Shown here: positions 61,905 through 64,000 of the stretch, piece after piece
Position numbering within the stretch: position 1 is the stretch's first letter
Layout: every line of letters begins with the position of its first letter
Notes under the pieces: generated by a model
The model's database searches: none
Seen by the model: the letters and a program-made list of their open reading frames with translations, nothing else
What the model was told of the DNA's origin: nothing
Assembly: GCA_965277285.1 (NCBI GenBank)
Contig: OZ255721.1
Span: 3,456,001 to 3,520,000 of the forward strand
DNA length: 64,000 bases
Origin: Abditibacteriaceae bacterium
GTDB taxonomy: Bacteria > Armatimonadota > Abditibacteriia > Abditibacteriales > Abditibacteriaceae
Direction: 5' to 3'
Translations under genes and position numbers: made by a program

Positions 61905-61949
61905 GAATTTATCGCCTCACAACTGTTTCATTCTCAATCGAGTACTCGA

Positions 61950-62345
61950 TTAATCCATATTGCGGCGCAGCGATTTGGTTTCGCCGCGTCGTTTCTTTTG
62001 CTCCAAACGTTTTTCTTTGGCGGCGCGCGACACTTTGGTCGGCTTGCGCAGCTTGGGTTTCTCGTGAGCGCGCATCAACAATTCTTCCAATTGCGACCAC
62101 GCGGCGGTGCGATTGCGGTCTTGCGTGCGAAATTGCTGCGACTTCAAAATCAAGATTCCCTCAGTCGTCATCTTGGTTCCCGCCAATCGCCGTAAGCGCG
62201 ACAAAACATCGTCGGACAAATGAAGCTTGCTCGTTTCAATTCGCAGAACTGCAACGGTCGAAACTTTATTAACGTTTTGTCCGCCTGGCCCGCTGGCGCG
62301 CACAAAATCTTCATGCACGGCGTCCGGTGGAATGTTGATATTCAT
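61950..62345 (-). CDS. arfB: Alternative ribosome-rescue peptidyl-tRNA hydrolase ArfB
   Basis: RASGPGGQNVNKVST, RTQDRNR, basic tail RLEQKKRRGETKSLR. Confidence 0.95.
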   Translation of the reverse strand: MNINIPPDAVHEDFVRASGPGGQNVNKVSTVAVLRIETSKLHLSDDVLSRLRRLAGTKMTTEGILILKSQQFRTQDRNRTAAWSQLEELLMRAHEKPKLRKPTKVSRAAKEKRLEQKKRRGETKSLRRNMD

Positions 62346-62938
62346 ATCGAGTACTCGAAGTCGCTGTGTTCGTCAAACCACTTTCCTATCGCTTCATTCG
62401 CAGCTTGTAGAATTGCTTGTTCGGTCAGGCTTGCGTTTTTGCGCTCAAAGATCACCGTTTCCGTGTCGGTCGGCTTGTCGTAAAGCCAGGCTTTTGCACT
62501 CGATTGGTGCGTTACGCAATTTATCTTGACAGAAACACAGCATCTTTTTCCTTTGTCAATCCAACGCGATAAATGCGAATAACGAGTTCTCCAAGTCTTC
62601 TCGTCTGTCCAAGTGTTTTTCAAATGAGCAATTTTCTCGTTTCCGCCTGCGGCCAAATAGTTCTTGATGATTTTATCTATTTCGCCATAAATATTTTCAC
62701 GCGAAGAAGCAATTTCGACTTCGTGCAAGGTGTAAGAAATGCTGTGAAATCCTGATGAACCAAGACGACAAAAAGTTTCTAACCAGATTTTGTATGAACC
62801 ATCAGAACTGGCATAACCGTAGCCACAACGCGCATCGGCGATATTTGGATACTTTTCTTGCCAGCCTTTACCCATTCTGGCTTCAGCGAAAGTCCATCCT
62901 GCATCAATTTTTTCGTGTAACTCGCTAATCAAAGACAT
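62342..62938 (-). CDS. Hypothetical protein, AT-richer
   Basis: 198-aa ORF; TGA overlaps the arfB ATG; GAGGA RBS. Confidence 0.7.
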   Translation of the reverse strand: MSLISELHEKIDAGWTFAEARMGKGWQEKYPNIADARCGYGYASSDGSYKIWLETFCRLGSSGFHSISYTLHEVEIASSRENIYGEIDKIIKNYLAAGGNEKIAHLKNTWTDEKTWRTRYSHLSRWIDKGKRCCVSVKINCVTHQSSAKAWLYDKPTDTETVIFERKNASLTEQAILQAANEAIGKWFDEHSDFEYSI

Positions 62939-62984
62939 AATCTTTCCTCTGTCACGACATGCTTCAACACGTTATAACAAAAGC

Positions 62985-64000
62985 ATGGCCTCATTTTTCG
63001 ATGCGTTTCGCAAAGTGGCGGAAGCGCCGACCAATCCGCATCCGGTTCAATCTTCGCGCACCTTTGATGTCGCGGATTTATACGCCGGGCTGGTCGAAAT
63101 CGGTGAAAGTGAAACCGCGCGCGCTTCGCTCGATGAAAAGCTGCGGCAGGCGTATTTTTGGGTCGTTAATCACGCGATTATCTCTCCGTATTATGACATC
63201 GAGTACTCGAATGCGCCGCCGCAAACCTTCACTTTCGGCGACGCGCAAAACGCGCTGCATCTACCCACCGATCAAAGTTACTCGTCATTTGTACTCTTGC
63301 CGCTATTGAACCTTGTGTTGCGTCGTCGTTGCTTGCTGGTTGGCGGGCCAGGACGCGGCAAAACCGCCAGCGCGATTTTGATCGGCGTCATCGCAGGTTA
63401 TTCGCTGCAGGAAATTCGGCGCGCGATTCAGCACGGTCAGCCGCAAATGACGATTTCCGATTTGCTGGGAAATCCTTTGCCGTCTTCGATGGTCAACGCG
63501 CAGGACATGGAAAGCGTGACGATCGCGTGGCGCAAATGGCTTTCGATGCGCGTCAAAATCGTGGACGAATACAATCGCATTCCAACGCGCACGCAATCGG
63601 CGTTGCTCACTGTGATGGCCGACAATTACGCTGAGATTTTGGATCACGTTTACGAATGTCCCGAAGCGGCCTGGTATCTGACAGCCAACGATGAAGCGGG
63701 CGGCGGAACCTATCAAGTGATCGAAGCCTTGCGCGACCGCATCGATGTCGTCGTCAAAGCCTTGCATTTCAACACGCGATTCTTAGGCGAACTTTTGGAG
63801 CGCATCGAAGGCGACATTCGACCGGAAACCCTTGTGCCGTCGCAGATCGTGTTCACCGAAGAGGAAATCGAAGCCGCGCACAAACAGATTTTAGCGATTG
63901 CGCTTCCGCCGCCTTTGCGTCGCCGCATCGAGTTTTTCGCCGCCAACTTCGAGTACTCGGAAGTCGCGGCGGAGCAGATGGAATACAAAACCAAAGACAC
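62985..64000 (+). CDS. MoxR-like AAA+ ATPase, truncated by the window end (absent from the ORF track)
   Basis: Translated by hand from ATG 62985: LLVGGPGRGKT, SDLLG, VDEYNR, QSALL, TAN, EALRDRI. Confidence 0.88.
   Translation, partial: MASFFDAFRKVAEAPTNPHPVQSSRTFDVADLYAGLVEIGESETARASLDEKLRQAYFWVVNHAIISPYYDIEYSNAPPQTFTFGDAQNALHLPTDQSYSSFVLLPLLNLVLRRRCLLVGGPGRGKTASAILIGVIAGYSLQEIRRAIQHGQPQMTISDLLGNPLPSSMVNAQDMESVTIAWRKWLSMRVKIVDEYNRIPTRTQSALLTVMADNYAEILDHVYECPEAAWYLTANDEAGGGTYQVIEALRDRIDVVVKALHFNTRFLGELLERIEGDIRPETLVPSQIVFTEEEIEAAHKQILAIALPPPLRRRIEFFAANFEYSEVAAEQMEYKTKD

Noticed and set aside
62959..63309. 116-aa ORF from the track
   Set aside because: Out-of-frame overlap with the MoxR-like ATPase starting at 62985

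Overview
A chromosomal segment from a moderately GC-rich bacterium; gene style is compatible with Armatimonadota/Abditibacteriota, but that placement is inference. It carries housekeeping genes (amtB, yebC, a PrsA-like foldase, mazG, dut, secA, secD/secF, arfB, tRNA-Ser, tRNA-Val), a glycoside-hydrolase cluster, a SRAP plus Sak4-like DNA-repair pair and an AT-rich DUF262-HEPN cassette. Two signals stand out. (1) The 12-bp palindrome TCGAGTACTCGA occurs about 49 times exactly and about 20 more times with 1-2 mismatches (hand count), roughly once per kb. It lies inside genes in all three frames (SSTR / RVL[ED] / EYS), next to start codons, inside terminator hairpins and at the borders of small foreign-looking genes, like a HIP1-type genome mark. 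(2) SecA is 2261 aa, with a ~635-aa insert in the preprotein-binding domain and a degenerate tandem duplicate of the first half of NBD2. It is preceded by a signal-peptide ORF positioned like SecM. Several REP-like inverted-repeat families are also present. All product calls come from motif recognition by eye, not from database searches.
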